From the NCBI GenBank assembly GCA_028534125.1, contig CM052817.1:24678001-24742000 (forward strand): a stretch of DNA of 64,000 nucleotides, given 5' to 3'. The notes under the pieces were generated by a model. It was not told the DNA's origin. It made no database searches and saw only the letters and a program-made list of their open reading frames with translations. The stretch's first letter is position 1, and every line of letters begins with the position of its first letter. The stretch comes from Lama glama (taxonomy: Eukaryota). The position numbers and the translations under genes were made by a program. Positions 13,218-26,052 of this stretch are shown here, piece by piece.

Positions 13218-13899
13218 CAAACACATACTTTAAAATAGCACTTTTTTTTACCACAGCACATTAATGCTACAAGGTGCCTTCTGCATGGGCACATAGCTGT
13301 CAGAACCAGGAGTGGGCTGGCATAAATGCCAGGAAGGACAAGAGGGGCAGACAACACTCCACCCACACGCTACTCTCAGCTCCCGTCACCACGGGACCCC
13401 ACCATATTTAACAAGACTGATCTATCTTTTGTAGGGGGTGGGGTAGGGAATTTGATGATCACTGTCTTACACAAGCGAGCACTCAAGCTGGCAGAAATAA
13501 AGCAAAACTTTCTTCTACTGAAAAGGCAATTCAGAAATCCCAGTGTCACCACTTGCATGGTAAAACGAGATAGATGGAGAGAAATTAAGAACTTCAGGAA
13601 AAATTTATCTGGAAGGAAGACATCAACTTTTTCTTTAGCATTTATTGCTTACTATACAGTTCTAATTATAAAGATAAAACTGTAATTCCACTATTATGTT
13701 AAGGTTCCACAGAAGCCACAACACATCTTTGATTAGGACATACACGTGCCTTGGTAAAAAAGTCTCCCTTAAAAAAAGGATCTGGTCTCTTTAAAAATTA
13801 GAACCATGTTTTCAGAAACTAGAAGCCTAAACAGATTAATGGACAGTGAACACTAAGAGCTCAAAGGACAGAGGGTTAAGGAAGGAAAAGACTGTCTGA

Positions 13900-14120
13900 T
13901 TAATAACAACAGTGGCCGACATTTACAAAGCGCTTTCCACGCACCAGGCACTCCCATGCCCAGCACCGCGGAGTCCGTAACTCAGTCTTTCCAATGAATC
14001 CACAAGCCAACCACAATCCTCCTTTCCACAGGAGGAAACTGAGGTTCAATAGCTCACCGAAGGCCACACAATTAATAATGGGAAAGCAGCGATCCCACCT
14101 CAGGCAGTCACACCTGGAAG
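13900..14120 (+). mobile_element. MIR SINE
   Basis: Core acaggaggaaactgaggttcaatagctcaccgaaggccacaca. Confidence 0.65.
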
Positions 14121-14819
14121 CCACACAGTCATACCCACCATGCACCGCCCCACCAGTCACACAGAGACACCCCAGGCGCCATGAGATCTTCTTATGCCCT
14201 CCCTTCTGTGCTCTTCCCTGAATCATGCCAGTGAGAAGTTCTGCACTCCTTGCAGCTTTTCTGACATTAGATTTAGCTCTTACTGGCAAGTCTGAAGGTT
14301 GCTCTTTACTGTTATCGCTTCACAGCAATTTAAATGTGTTCATATATTTGGCAACAGCGGGTTTCCCAAGTGGCAATCGCTAAACACTTGTGATTTACCA
14401 GCCCTGGGGATGGTGAGAATCAGAGCACTTTATTCCAAGTAAAATGTAAACGACATTAAAAGTTATTCAAGGGTTCACTTGCGAATTACTTAAATGCAAT
14501 TCAGCAGTTCCCTACTAGTCTCTATACATCTATCACCCAACACTAAGTTAGAGTTAGAATAACTTATGACTCTGAATGGTCCCACCTCTAATACGGAAAA
14601 CAAAACAAGTTAAACGTTGCCTCTCTACTGCCTCGTGAGCCAGAGTTCAGCTAACCACCTTTAGTAAGCCTCTACCTGAATATCAAATAAACAAAACTAC
14701 ATCTTATAGGTTATGTCTCTCTAAGCCTCAGGAAAATTAAGTATCAAAAACCATTAAATTTTCACACCTTCATTTGCTAAGTGTTTAAATAGGTCTCGCC
14801 TGATATAACTGTAATAATA

Positions 14820-15030
14820 ACATCAAGCATTTGTCTACGTAGCACTTACTAAGTGCCAAGGAACAACGTCTCTACCAGGTAGGCGGGATTATCATTATTA
14901 AGCCCACTTTATGGATGGAGAAGCTGAGGCATCAAAGGCTAAGGAACTTGCCCAAGATTACACAGCTGAAAAGGAACAGACCAGGACTGGGGCATGAAGT
15001 ATCTAATTCCAGAGCCTGCACTGTGCAGTT
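14820..15030 (+). mobile_element. MIR SINE
   Basis: cccactttatggatggagaagctgaggc...aacttgcccaagattacacagct. Confidence 0.7.
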
Positions 15031-18000
15031 TCTACAGCATCACACAGAAAACAGGTGACTTAGAGAAAACAGGCACTATTATTTACTTAGCTATTTAACG
15101 TGAGACAATTCAGAGCCTCGAGTTCCAAATTAAGAAAAATTAAAATCCTGATTATTACTATTAATTTCCTCTTTTTTCAATGTCTCCAAAAGCATTTCAT
15201 TTTCTGTCTCCCACGAGCTCCCTCAGGTCTGACTTTACATCCTCCAAAAAGCCTTCATGAGGCTCCAATGCTGCAGTTTCTGTGCTGAAAGGGGCAGATG
15301 TCACAGCCCTCTTTCCTAAGCCTTGTTGGAGTGCGGACAGGGCCACAGGGGAGGAGAGATAAGCTCTCTGAGGGGGTCAGTGGGTCAACTTCTGGTCAAC
15401 ACTAAGAGGGGCCCTGGAGTCGACGCTGCCCAGGGAGATATGTGCAGGGAGGAGGCAGCAACTTCAGTGGCAAATCAAAACAAAACAAAACAAGAACGCT
15501 CAGGTCCCCCATGTTGTCTCAATTCTGGGAATACTGACAAATATGTTTCAGTCTCTTCTAACCACAGAACAAGACTGTGGAAGAATCACTTACAACACTG
15601 TAGTTGATGACAGCAAAGTATGTTTTCAAGTCGCTCCAAAATACCCAGATTATGTCCATAAATGCTCTGGGGCTATTCCCCGCAACAAAGAACAAACAGG
15701 ACAAATGACATCTTAAATGTCCAGCATGTTCACTCCTCATGGCTCAATGAACGTGGGAGAGTAAAATTAGTCCATGGAACTTATCAGTCATCAACTTCAA
15801 TAAACAGCAAGGCACAGATAAGTATCTAAGTTCTCGTCTGTGAAAGGTGAAGGAGGGGGCAGACACATATATATGTTGTATAAGCACATATATACATAGA
15901 ATAATCCTGAAAGATACAGAGGACACAGATTGCCACGGTCCCCTCTTGGGAAGGTGCTGGGAGATGAGATGTGTGTGGTGGGGGAGAAGGGGTGTGGATA
16001 TGGTGAAGACTCACTTTTTTTTAAAGACCTGTTTCACCCTGCAGCCTTTCATGCCGTTTGAATATTGCATTGTGTGCATGTCTTATTTTCCAATTTTTAA
16101 ACAAGGGTTCAAGGTCAAACACTTGTAATATCCAGTACCTCGGAGAGAGCGCGAAGCACAAGTCCAGGCTCTGGAATAAACCATCTGCATGACCCTGAAC
16201 AACAGACATAACGTCCCAGGGCCTCCTCACTCTAGGACGAGGAGACCAGGGGGCCTGGGGAGAAAACCTAGTACAAGAATGAGAACAGAAGCTCCACGAA
16301 AACATGGTCCTTGTCTGTCCCTTTTCCACACTGCTGTGTCCCCAAGGCCCGGAACAAAGTGGGGGGCCCATTAAATACTTTTAAAAGCTATAATTGTACC
16401 TGAATTGACCTGATCTAGGCATCACATCCTCGGAGATCTCAAAGTCTATGATCCCGGGACTGATCCAGGCACAGCTCTAATATCCAAAAGACAGCATCCA
16501 ATGGTCCCCATCAGAGACCAGAGGAGGCCATGCCTGGGGAACATAGAAAATATTGAAATAATCACCGCTGTGAGTCACAGGGCTAAACTAAATGAGGACT
16601 TTATTCTTTGCTGGCGTAAACAAAGCTCCCTTGAATTTCAAAACCACTGAGCATGTCAGCTCTAAAGTACTGATTTCTTCCCATCCAAGCCCTCGCCCCA
16701 CCTGGCCCAGGGATCTGGGAAAAACTCACCCCCTGAGCCTGGTTCTTCATCTGTCAAGTGAAGGGAGGATCACCCATAGCGCATCAGGTTTCATTTAAAC
16801 GTCCATCCCTCGCTCAGCTCTTTCCTCATCTGCCTGGATCTACAACCTGTGTTTCGTGCGGCCAGTGAACGATTGAAGACAGCGGTTAACCTCCCTCCAA
16901 TTCCATATTTAAGATGGACTCAGTGGGACTGGGCTTCCACATAAGAACAACACAAGCATCAGGCAAAGGACCGCTTTTACTCTTTAGAAATGTGTTTAGC
17001 ATCTGAAAATCAAGCCAGGTGGTCCTCTCCATGCCTATGTGAGGCGCAGTTTCCATTTATAAAGGCCAGTGAACCCAATGAAGGGGTTTCCATCAAATCC
17101 GGGATCGTTTGTTCTTCAAAAGAAAAAAAATATGTGTTTTGCCCTGAAAAAAAATTAGCTATGGAGAAAAAAAAAATAACTCATGGTACTTGAAGTTTCT
17201 CACCATCTTCTCCTTCCCTGGAGAATTATCAAAAGAAGAACCACACGGAGGACCGCAGATAAAGTCCCCATGGGGACCACCAGTGCACTGCCTGTCACCA
17301 GAGATAAAAAGCAAAGAGGAGAAAAGCTTGACCTTCCTCGGGAAATGAAGGCTCCGAAGGTCAGGAAAGCTGACCTTGTGACCGGCCACGGTCCCGAGGC
17401 GGGAGGGAGCGTGGCCCATGAAACAGTCTCAGCAGAAAGGACGCTTTCATCCCAGGGCAGAGCCCCAGCCGAGCAGCAGTGTGGTGACGTGCAGAAATCT
17501 CAGTCCACACCACCTCTTAGCATAGCCCCTCCTCTGACCTCTACAATGAAAAGAACTTAAGTCGCAAAACTTCCCAATTGCCTTGTTACTAATTCTGGTT
17601 CCACCTCCAGTGGGAGGGGCATGGCTATTTCTAAGGCCCTCTTAACACAAACGAGAAAATGGCCCAAATTCCCAAGGGACTTGCCAAATATCTATTTCTG
17701 AGACGTCCAGAGAGTCCAAAGCTCTAATGTTCTTAAGATGTAAAATGGGAGTCACAGTATCTAAAACTGATGCTTGAGAAATGGGCTAATAAATAACCAG
17801 GACCCCTGTGAATGGGGTGAAAGTTACTGATAATAGTGAATACTTAGTTAATAGTAACTCTGCCAAGGCCTGATTTCAGAACTACACACACACATTTATG
17901 TCACTGTCCAACGCCCCCATTTTAAAGACAAAGAACTTGTGGCTTGGAGGGGTTAACTTGCCGAAACCATAAGTAGATAGTGATACAGTTAAAATTAAAC

Positions 18001-18092
18001 CTAAGCAGTTTAAAACTCAGCTTGTAGTCACTATGCTAAATGACTGAAATAAGAATTAATAGCTTCAATAATAAAACAATTTAAAATAAAGA

Positions 18093-18290
18093 ACAGATAC
18101 TACTAGATGAAAAACAGATAGACAATGGGTCCTACTGCATAGCACAGAGAACTATATTCAATATCTTGTAATAGCCTATAATGAAAAAGAATATGAAAAG
18201 GAATATATATCTGTGTATCTGAATCACCATGTGTGCACCAGAAACTAACACATTGTAAATCAAATACTTCAATTGAAAATTAAAAAAGGA
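18093..18290 (+). mobile_element. Cetartiodactyl-type L1 3' tail
   Basis: ctactgcatagcacagagaactatattcaatatcttgtaata...acattgtaaatcaaatacttcaatt followed by an A-rich tail. Confidence 0.85.
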
Positions 18291-20341
18291 AACTCAAACC
18301 TCAAAAAATAAGTGAAATAAAGAGACATCTAATATAATGAATTTTTGTTTTGATAAAAAATAGTGTTATGTGAACTTTAATACCATAAACTAGGAAAAGT
18401 AGACACTTCAGAAACACGCGCTACAGAACGCTTACGACAGCATCGTTTTTAAAAAGCGAAAGAACAGTGATAATAAAGACAAGGCAGTGGCATTTGGAGG
18501 CTGAAAGCAATTTGATTTATTTAACTTTGAAGAACAAAAGCTTATTCTTCTAAGAAGAAATCAAAACACATTTTCTGTGGAAAAAAGAAACCATTTTAAC
18601 AGCATTGCCAAAATAAATCAGGCAGAGGGCAAGTTAGATCCAACTACAAAAAAGAACTCAGGCCAAGGAAACGGGGAAAAAAGAATAAAGGGGGGAAGAA
18701 ATGCCAAACAGCAGATTTTGTTTTTTAAAAAGAGAAGGCGGGAGAGAGAGAGAGAGATCCTAAGCTTAGTTTGTAGTATCAACTGCTTTTTTTTTTAAAA
18801 AAAAGGAAACCTAACCAGTGAGTAGACATGTATTTGCACTTGAACAGCTGAATCAGTTCTACATTAAAAGAAGGCATTCCAGTAAAAAAGCATGGCCAAA
18901 AATCCAAATACGACTCTAAAAACTGTATTAGCTAGTAGAACAAAGACTTAACCCTCCTGTCTCACTGTGTGAGCTACATTCCAGTGCACATTTTCCAATT
19001 CAGCCCAGAACCAGAGACCTGGGTCCAGACGGGAAAATTTCAGGATTTCTCTAGTTAGAAAATCATATTAAATAGCCCAGACATACTCTGTTTGGGCATG
19101 AGAAATATTAAGAACTCAAGCAAGAAAAATTTTAAGGAATACCTAAATGTTTTTAAGTGTCAGTAAATATGCCCTTCCCTCCTTTCTCAGAGTCCCTTCC
19201 CTGCTGGGGTCACCAGACATCATCACTCCACAGGTCCCAGCCCAGCAGGCTCGCTCACCCCACGGGACCTGCCTTCCCCGGACCCAGTGGAGCGGTGAAG
19301 TCTGGGACTTCAGAAGCCAGGCTGCCTGATTTGGACTCTAAATGCCACCACATTCTTGCTGGAGACTCTACACAAGTAGCTTCAACTCTCTGTGCTTAAA
19401 CTGGCCCCTACCTGTGAGGACTAAACCCGTCACTGAGTGGAATATGCCTTCCAAAGCGTGCCAGGAACAGGGCAGATGCTCAATACACAGCACGTATCAC
19501 AATTAAACTACTCCGTGGGCATTCATGATACTATTCTCTTTCCTTTTGAGTCAGTTTGAAATTTCCCGTAATAAATTTTTTTTCAATTTCAACATTAATT
19601 ACAATCAAGTTGAAGGCTCAGAAAACACATCCCCTTTCTAGGGTCACTCGTGTGCTCACTGCTTTGGATGGCATAACACTACTGAGAGCCAAGGACAGGC
19701 CAGACACTGGCCTCCCATCAATGAATTTAATACACTATTTCACATTCAAGGAAACCAGGCGCGAGGGCAGTTAAGGACAATTTCCAAGTGGTGAAGCTCG
19801 GATGTGTGGCCAGGTCTCCTCATCAAATCCGATGCTCTTTTATAAACATTGACTGTGTGCTTTGCAGAGAATATCAAGGTGTAAACGAGCTAGATGTGGC
19901 TAGGATTTCAGATGACTGGGTCCAATCCAGATCCAGACAGAATTTGGACTGAGAAAACTAGTTGAACAACCCCAGTTCTTTAAACCTTCCCAGGTCGTGA
20001 GTGTCTCTCTCCGGGCCGCAGCAGCCAAAACCAGCCAAGGCATATCAGCCAGGCTGTGATTGGGCTGAGCCTGACAGAGGGTCACCTCGCGCTCGCCGCC
20101 TGAGGGCCAGCCTTGTCTTCTCCCACACGGCCTGCTCCATCTCTCAGCACGCTGCCAGGCTGACGCCTCACGCACAACCCACGCTTTCCCCGCAGTGAAA
20201 CTGGTTGAGCCTTCTCACCTTAGACTCGAATAGCCAGATACTTCTCTTCCCAGACCAGCAAGTCCTCACGACTTCAATCAGAATATTTCTCTCATTGACC
20301 GAAGTCACCCCGGATTCCAACGCTAACATCAAAGGTACCGT

Positions 20342-20535
20342 CTACTCTGTTCAATAAAACTTTGCATGATGACGGAAATGTTCTGTATCTGCGCTGCCCA
20401 ATATGGCAGACGCTAGTCATCGGTGGCAAATGAACACTTGAACATGACTAGTGCAACTGCAGAACTAAACTTTTCACTTTAGTTCATTTAAATTTAAGCA
20501 GCCAGAAGTGACTAGAGGCTACAGTAGACCATGAG
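20342..20535. mobile_element. MER3-like hAT MITE
   Basis: aataaaactttgcatgatgacggaaatgttctgtatctgcgctgcccaatatgg...tttaaatttaa. Confidence 0.7.
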
Positions 20536-22331
20536 GTTCTAGACCATTGGAGGAAATGTTCCCCACTCATGGGTCTAGAGCTGCACCTTCATGAGCATCC
20601 CAGGATGGCAGAGACTGCAGATAGTTCTGTAGTCAGAGGCTGTAAGTTCAGATCAGCTCCTCTTTCCAGTTACGTGACCCTGAACATGTAACTTACCCTC
20701 CCCATGCATTGGTTTCCTCATCTATAAAGCTGGGATAATGGTATTCACCCCATTAGGAGATGTTTATAATGGTGACATGTGAGACATATGTCAGTACAAC
20801 GCCCAGAAGACTAGAATACTGAATCGACATTAGTTGCTTTCATTATCTTCATCACCCTCTTCTTTTTCTGAATTTTTCTTGGTTCCCTTCCCAAGGCACT
20901 AGTAACTGGCTGAGAAGCCAAAGACCGATTTTTCGGTCTGGGCTCCTCAACTCAAGGGAAGGGACCAGATCTTCCCAAAGGCAAGATGGCAAGAACTAGC
21001 ACTGGAAAGCTGTCAGAGCCCCTACATGTACCAGAATCCAGGAGCGCTCCTCTCCCAGATTACTGCTAGACCATCCTGGGCAGCTTAGCCAAGAAGCTGC
21101 ACTCCAAAGCCACTTCTCCCCACCCTCAGCTACACTGACCAAAAGTGAATTCATCAGTAGCACTGACTGAGCGTTTCCCACCTGCCAGGCCCTGGGCTTC
21201 CTTCCCGTGTTATTTCCTGATACCTCACTGCCATCCCTCTAGGCAGGCAGTGTCATTTCCACTCCCCGGTGAGTAAAGCCAGGCACAGAAAGCCCCAGCA
21301 CCTTGCCCAGGTCCCAGTGCAGCCAGTGGCGAACGGGGACTTGAACCTGGCAGTGGGATTCCAGGGCCCAGGTTCAGCCTTGCTAGTCCCCTGTTCCTTC
21401 TAGAACCCTACACCTCCCCCTCCCTTTATAAGTACAACTCCTTCTGCCTTAATATTCAGACTCTGATGGTTCCACTGGAGACTTTGGAGCTGGTCACTCC
21501 TGAGTCCTCACACTCATCCTTTCACATCAAATAAGAAACATGAAAGGAATGAATATGACTCAAGCCAGAACAGAAAGAAAAGAGGAAGCTGAAAGCTTCA
21601 AATTATCATAACCTTTTTTTTAAGTAATATCTTCCAAAATTAAAACTACCAAACCAAGAGGCATTTACTTTCACTTTTAAATTGCTTCAAAATATTTGGT
21701 GGAAAGAGTAAAATTTCTGTTGGGGGTATTTTAGAAGAGTGGCACATCAGAGAAAGCTGGTTTCCAACTCAATGAAAGGAAAAAAGCATTGCTTTCTTGT
21801 TCCAGCCTTTTTCAAATCACAGTTCACCTAGAAATTATGATAAGATTATATTTCATTCAGCTTGCATGATTTTTTAAAAGGAAATTTAATAAGCTGCCAA
21901 GATTCAAAAACTTGAGGTGATTTCATATGTAAAAAGTCTAGATTTTCACCTTTTTTTTTTCCCCGTAAGATCTAGCCTTCTGCTAAGTGACTTCTGCTTG
22001 TGGTAATGATGCAAACCTAGAGATGGAGTCTGTGATTACCAGTTTGCCACAATCCACACCACTCCACATTGCCTCACAAGTAATCCTCTCTCCTCATGAT
22101 CATGCAGGCCAACCCCTTGGGGGAACCTGTGTTGGTGGCCTCCTTACACTAAGCTCTGGATGGACAACTGATCGTGTTCAGGCCCCTACAGTCCTACCAG
22201 CTCCAAGGAAGCATCTTTCATTTCCCTGCCAAGCCACTCCCATGTTACCACAGACCCCAGGGAAGCTCTTGGCACCTCGCCCTCTCCAAGTGCCACACCA
22301 CCCCTGATGTTACCATAGTTCCACTTACCTA

Positions 22332-22467
22332 CTATTCTGTGTCACTTTGCTCTTTCTTCACAGGTGTCACAGGCACCTCCCCATTGACACCCTCGGGCCC
22401 ACTGACCGACATCAAACTTCTCCGCTCCTTCTGATTTGACTTGTGCTCCACTTTTGTAACTCTAAAC
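22332..22467 (-). CDS. RELL1: RELL1 coding exon 6 (last coding exon, completes the RFRV motif)
   Basis: Acceptor cttccctcAG at 22468-22469. Reads (R)FRVTKVEHKSNQKERRSLMSVSGPEGVNGEVPVTPVKKEQSDTE, then TAG (22332-22334), a second TAG (22329-22331) and donor GTAAGT at 22327-22328. Exons 2-6 total 728 coding nt. Confidence 0.96.
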
Positions 22468-23629
22468 CTGAGGGAAGAAGAGGAGATCTGATGAGTTTTG
22501 CTTTTCCACTAAACAAAAATTATGAATGAACCCCAAATCATCCAACTAGAGGATCCCACATGAACTCAGCCAAAAGTTAGGACAGCAATGAAAATCACCA
22601 CGTTCAACAGGAGGGACATTCTCATGCAGCAAAGCCCCTGTCCCCCACCAGATCCCCCAGACAATGTTCACTCAGCACATCAGACTGCTGCACAGTTTAC
22701 AGAGCATGGGAAAACCGTTCAGAAACACGGCACTCAAGCATTAAACAGCCTCAGAGCTAACGAGGACCTGGGCTTAACATCAGCTGTTTGAACCACAGAA
22801 GGCTGGATAGAAGGCATGCTGGCCTGCAAATCAGATGTTCACTAGAGAACTGCCTTCCTCAGATCCCCCTGTCAGAGAGTCCTGCCTCCACCCACCCGGC
22901 CCCAACCACACATTTATCAGCATCAATCAGATCAGTGGCAGGTTTTTGTGTTTATTTGGGTTTTGTCTGTTTTTTTTTTTTTAAGCGATGGGTTAATTTT
23001 CAATAAGGATTAGGAAAAAGTTAAGGAATTTGAGACATTCCTTAAGGATTAAGAGAGAAGTAAAAAATGTACTCAATTGACTGCTTTTCTACTCCATCAT
23101 ATCAATTCCCGGAAGTCTTTCCTAACAGTTTCTCCGTGGTTCTTAATTTCCCTTAAATGATCTAAAACAAATTCTCCTTCTGTGTCACCCACCAGAAGGA
23201 GGAGGGAGACTCTGAGGGAGTGAAAGGATGTATCAGGGGAAAGTTGTCACCACAAATCTATTCGGTCAAACTGCAAGACTCTCTTTAAGCACACGCTGAA
23301 AAACAGCCTGTAATCATTCAACAGCCATAGTGTTTACCTCCGAGACAGAGAGCTGGATTGGGGGCATTTAAAAATGCCACGTTGAATCCGAGTTGAAAAT
23401 TTCAGCAGATTTTTTAAAAAGCAAACAAAATACACTTTGTCCAAACAAGTTACAGGCCCTCACCCCCCTCCACATTCATACGTTCCCGTGACTCTGCTCC
23501 TTAATAGAACAGTCTGGTCATGAGTTGTACAGCTTTTCTCGACATGGCAAACAGCCCTGAAGTCTTCTCCTTGTGCTTGTGCAACACATGATGAAACGCA
23601 ACTGAATTCAAATCACATCAACACTAACA

Positions 23630-23840
23630 ACAGCCAACATTTCGTGAGTGCATAATAAGCACCAAAACTGACCTAAGAAGTTTACGTGAGTCACCTTATT
23701 CAGTCTTCACAGCAACCCGATGTGGTGAGTGTTACTGTCATCCCCTTTTAATAGAGGGGGAAACTGAGGCAGAGAGAAGTAACAGTTTGTAAGCAGTGGT
23801 GCCAGGACTCAAATGGAGATTCAGTGAGTCCGGCGACTCT
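23630..23840 (+). mobile_element. MIR SINE
   Basis: tcttcacagcaaccc...ggggaaactgaggcagagagaagtaa. Confidence 0.65.
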
Positions 23841-24199
23841 TTCCAGAGTTCATCAGTAGAGAAGGAAGGATCGTGTGTGCAACACTGACAACTTCTGCTC
23901 AGGGCTTCCCCAGCCAGGCCCCAGCACACATACTCCTGACCGTTACTCTCCACCTGTAGCATGAGCCAGGGAGCTCCTGCAAGAGGCTCAAAATCGAAGC
24001 AAAAATGCTCTGCCTATCGTCCTATTGATTCATCACTTGAACTGCAAGATCTCCACATCACATATGGTCACCAGTAAATGGTACTTTAGGACTGGGAAAC
24101 CCAGGATACAGGGGAGGTGAACTACAGGAAAGCAGTCCCAGGAGTCCGCGTGGCTCTTACAGGGCAGGGACTGGAGAGCAGCGACCAGCTCCCTCTCTC

Positions 24200-25048
24200 C
24201 CCTTCATCTCTTCTGGCCATTAAGTGTGGCCGAGGGATTGAGTTCCCGCCAGAGGAATGTGCACAAGAATGAATCTGCCACTTCAGGCCCATCTCATTAA
24301 AAATCTCTCATGACCAATCCTCTGCATACTTTCTCCTCCAGCAAACCTGGCAGAGGCGCAAGATCGAAAGGACCTGGGGCTCTGGACGACTGCTTGAAGA
24401 TCCATCACTGATCTTTTGATTCCCACAAGCGAAATATAAACTTGTATTCTGTATAGAGTTGAGATTTGGGCTTTATCCATCAGAGCAAGTGTGATGGTTA
24501 ATTTTATGTGTCAACATGACTGGGCTAAGGGCTGCCCAGAGAGCTGGTCAAACATTAGTTCTGAGTGTGTATGGGAGGGTGTTTCCAGAAGAGATTAGCA
24601 TTTGAATCAACAGACTGAATAAAGATGATCACCCTCACCAATGCAGGTGGGCATCAACCAATCCCTTGAGAGCCTGAATAGAACAAAAAGGCAGAAGGCT
24701 GAATCGCTCTCTTTGCTTGAGCTGAGACATTCTTCTTCTTTTGACATCAGATATGAGCATTCCTGGTTCCAGGGCCTTCAGACTGGGACCGGGACTTACA
24801 CCATCAGCTCCCGTGGTTCTCAGTCCTCGGAACTTACACTGAATGACACCACCAGCTCTCCTGGGTCTCCAGCTCACAGACAGAAGATTGTGGGACTCTT
24901 TGTCCTCTATAATTGTGTGGGCCAATTCTTATGATAAATCTCCTCTTTTATGTGTGTATGTGTGTGTGTATATATACATCTTATTGATTCTGCCTCTTTG
25001 GAGAACCTCAGTTCAGCAAGTAATTAATTTGTTACCTTAATTAATACA
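24200..25048 (+). mobile_element. Old MLT1J-like LTR split by a nested MLT2 LTR
   Basis: MLT1-like body at about 24200-24489 (ataaacttgtattctg...gagatttggg). Its terminal ...taataca resumes at 25021-25048, after the MLT2. Confidence 0.55.
24490..25015 (+). mobile_element. ERVL MLT2-type solo LTR
   Basis: Starts tgtgatggttaattttatgtgtcaac and ends ggagaacctcagttca. Perfect 5-bp TSD gcaag at 24485-24489 and 25016-25020. Confidence 0.9.
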
Positions 25049-25254
25049 TCTCACATTTGATCTTGCAATAGCCACCTCTTAGAATTCTTCTGCTATTAGA
25101 AAAATGCAGGACTCCGACCACAAAACATCAAAGAAGCCCAGAGACAGGACCTGAGCCAGGTTCAGGAGAACATACTCTACATTTAACAGGTGAGCGCAAA
25201 TCCACACAGCACAGCAACCACGCCACACAAACCCAAAGCGCCCCCAGGACTCAC

Positions 25255-25491
25255 CTGCCCACAGAGAGGACGGTGACCTCTCCTTGGCGCCTTGAGCGGC
25301 CCTCTTTGGACTTGTTGGTCGGTTTTATGAAGTGCCACCGCTTGTGCCTACACCGATGACACACGTCCCGCTCAACAACACCGCCCACTGTGTGCAGATG
25401 GTGGCCGCAGACGTGCTTCCCTGGGGTGGCCCCTGGTGACAAGGGCCCGGGGCTCACAGGCGGGCTCCCAGGAGTGCTGGGGGTCACGGGG
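25255..25491 (-). CDS. RELL1: RELL1 coding exon 5 (Pro/Ser-rich segment and Cys/His-rich segment)
   Basis: Acceptor cctcAG at 25492-25493 and donor GTGAGT at 25253-25254; 237 nt. Reads PVTPSTPGSPPVSPGPLSPGATPGKHVCGHHLHTVGGVVERDVCHRCRHKRWHFIKPTNKSKEGRSRRQGEVTVLSVG(R), part of ORF 25251..25550. Confidence 0.97.
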
Positions 25492-26052
25492 CTGAGGTGG
25501 GAAGAAAAAGGGAAAGGTAGAACTGGATACTTAGAAGAAACACCAGCCACGGCAATCTCTCCCTCTGCAATGTAAGAAGCAGGTTTAAATCAAGAGAAAA
25601 GGTTTCTCTTCCAATTATACAAATGGGCTTTGTGAATCCATCTTCAGCAGCAGGTACTCAGCTCTCATGACTATACGATGACAGCCATTTTAAACAGTAA
25701 TAACGTGATTTATCACTTCTAGTAAGGAATTAACTGGCTGGAAATAAACTACTGCTTCTAATGATGATGCATTGTTTGTCCTTAAAGTATTAGGTTTCTT
25801 TCTAAATGGCCTAGCTCCCTTCCCATGATAATTTCTCAATCTAATTTCATGCAAACTAATTTCTCACACATATCCAAGTGCCTGCCTAGATCTCTAAGCA
25901 AAGAGATGCCCTGAACACACGTGCCCTGGAGGAAAGAAAAACTTAAATTCTAATCAAATTATCAGATGACTTAAGATAAAATATTTGATCCAATCCGACC
26001 ATTATGTCAAAGGAAGAAAGCTTTTAGGTCAAGATATCAAAAGTAATGCTCA

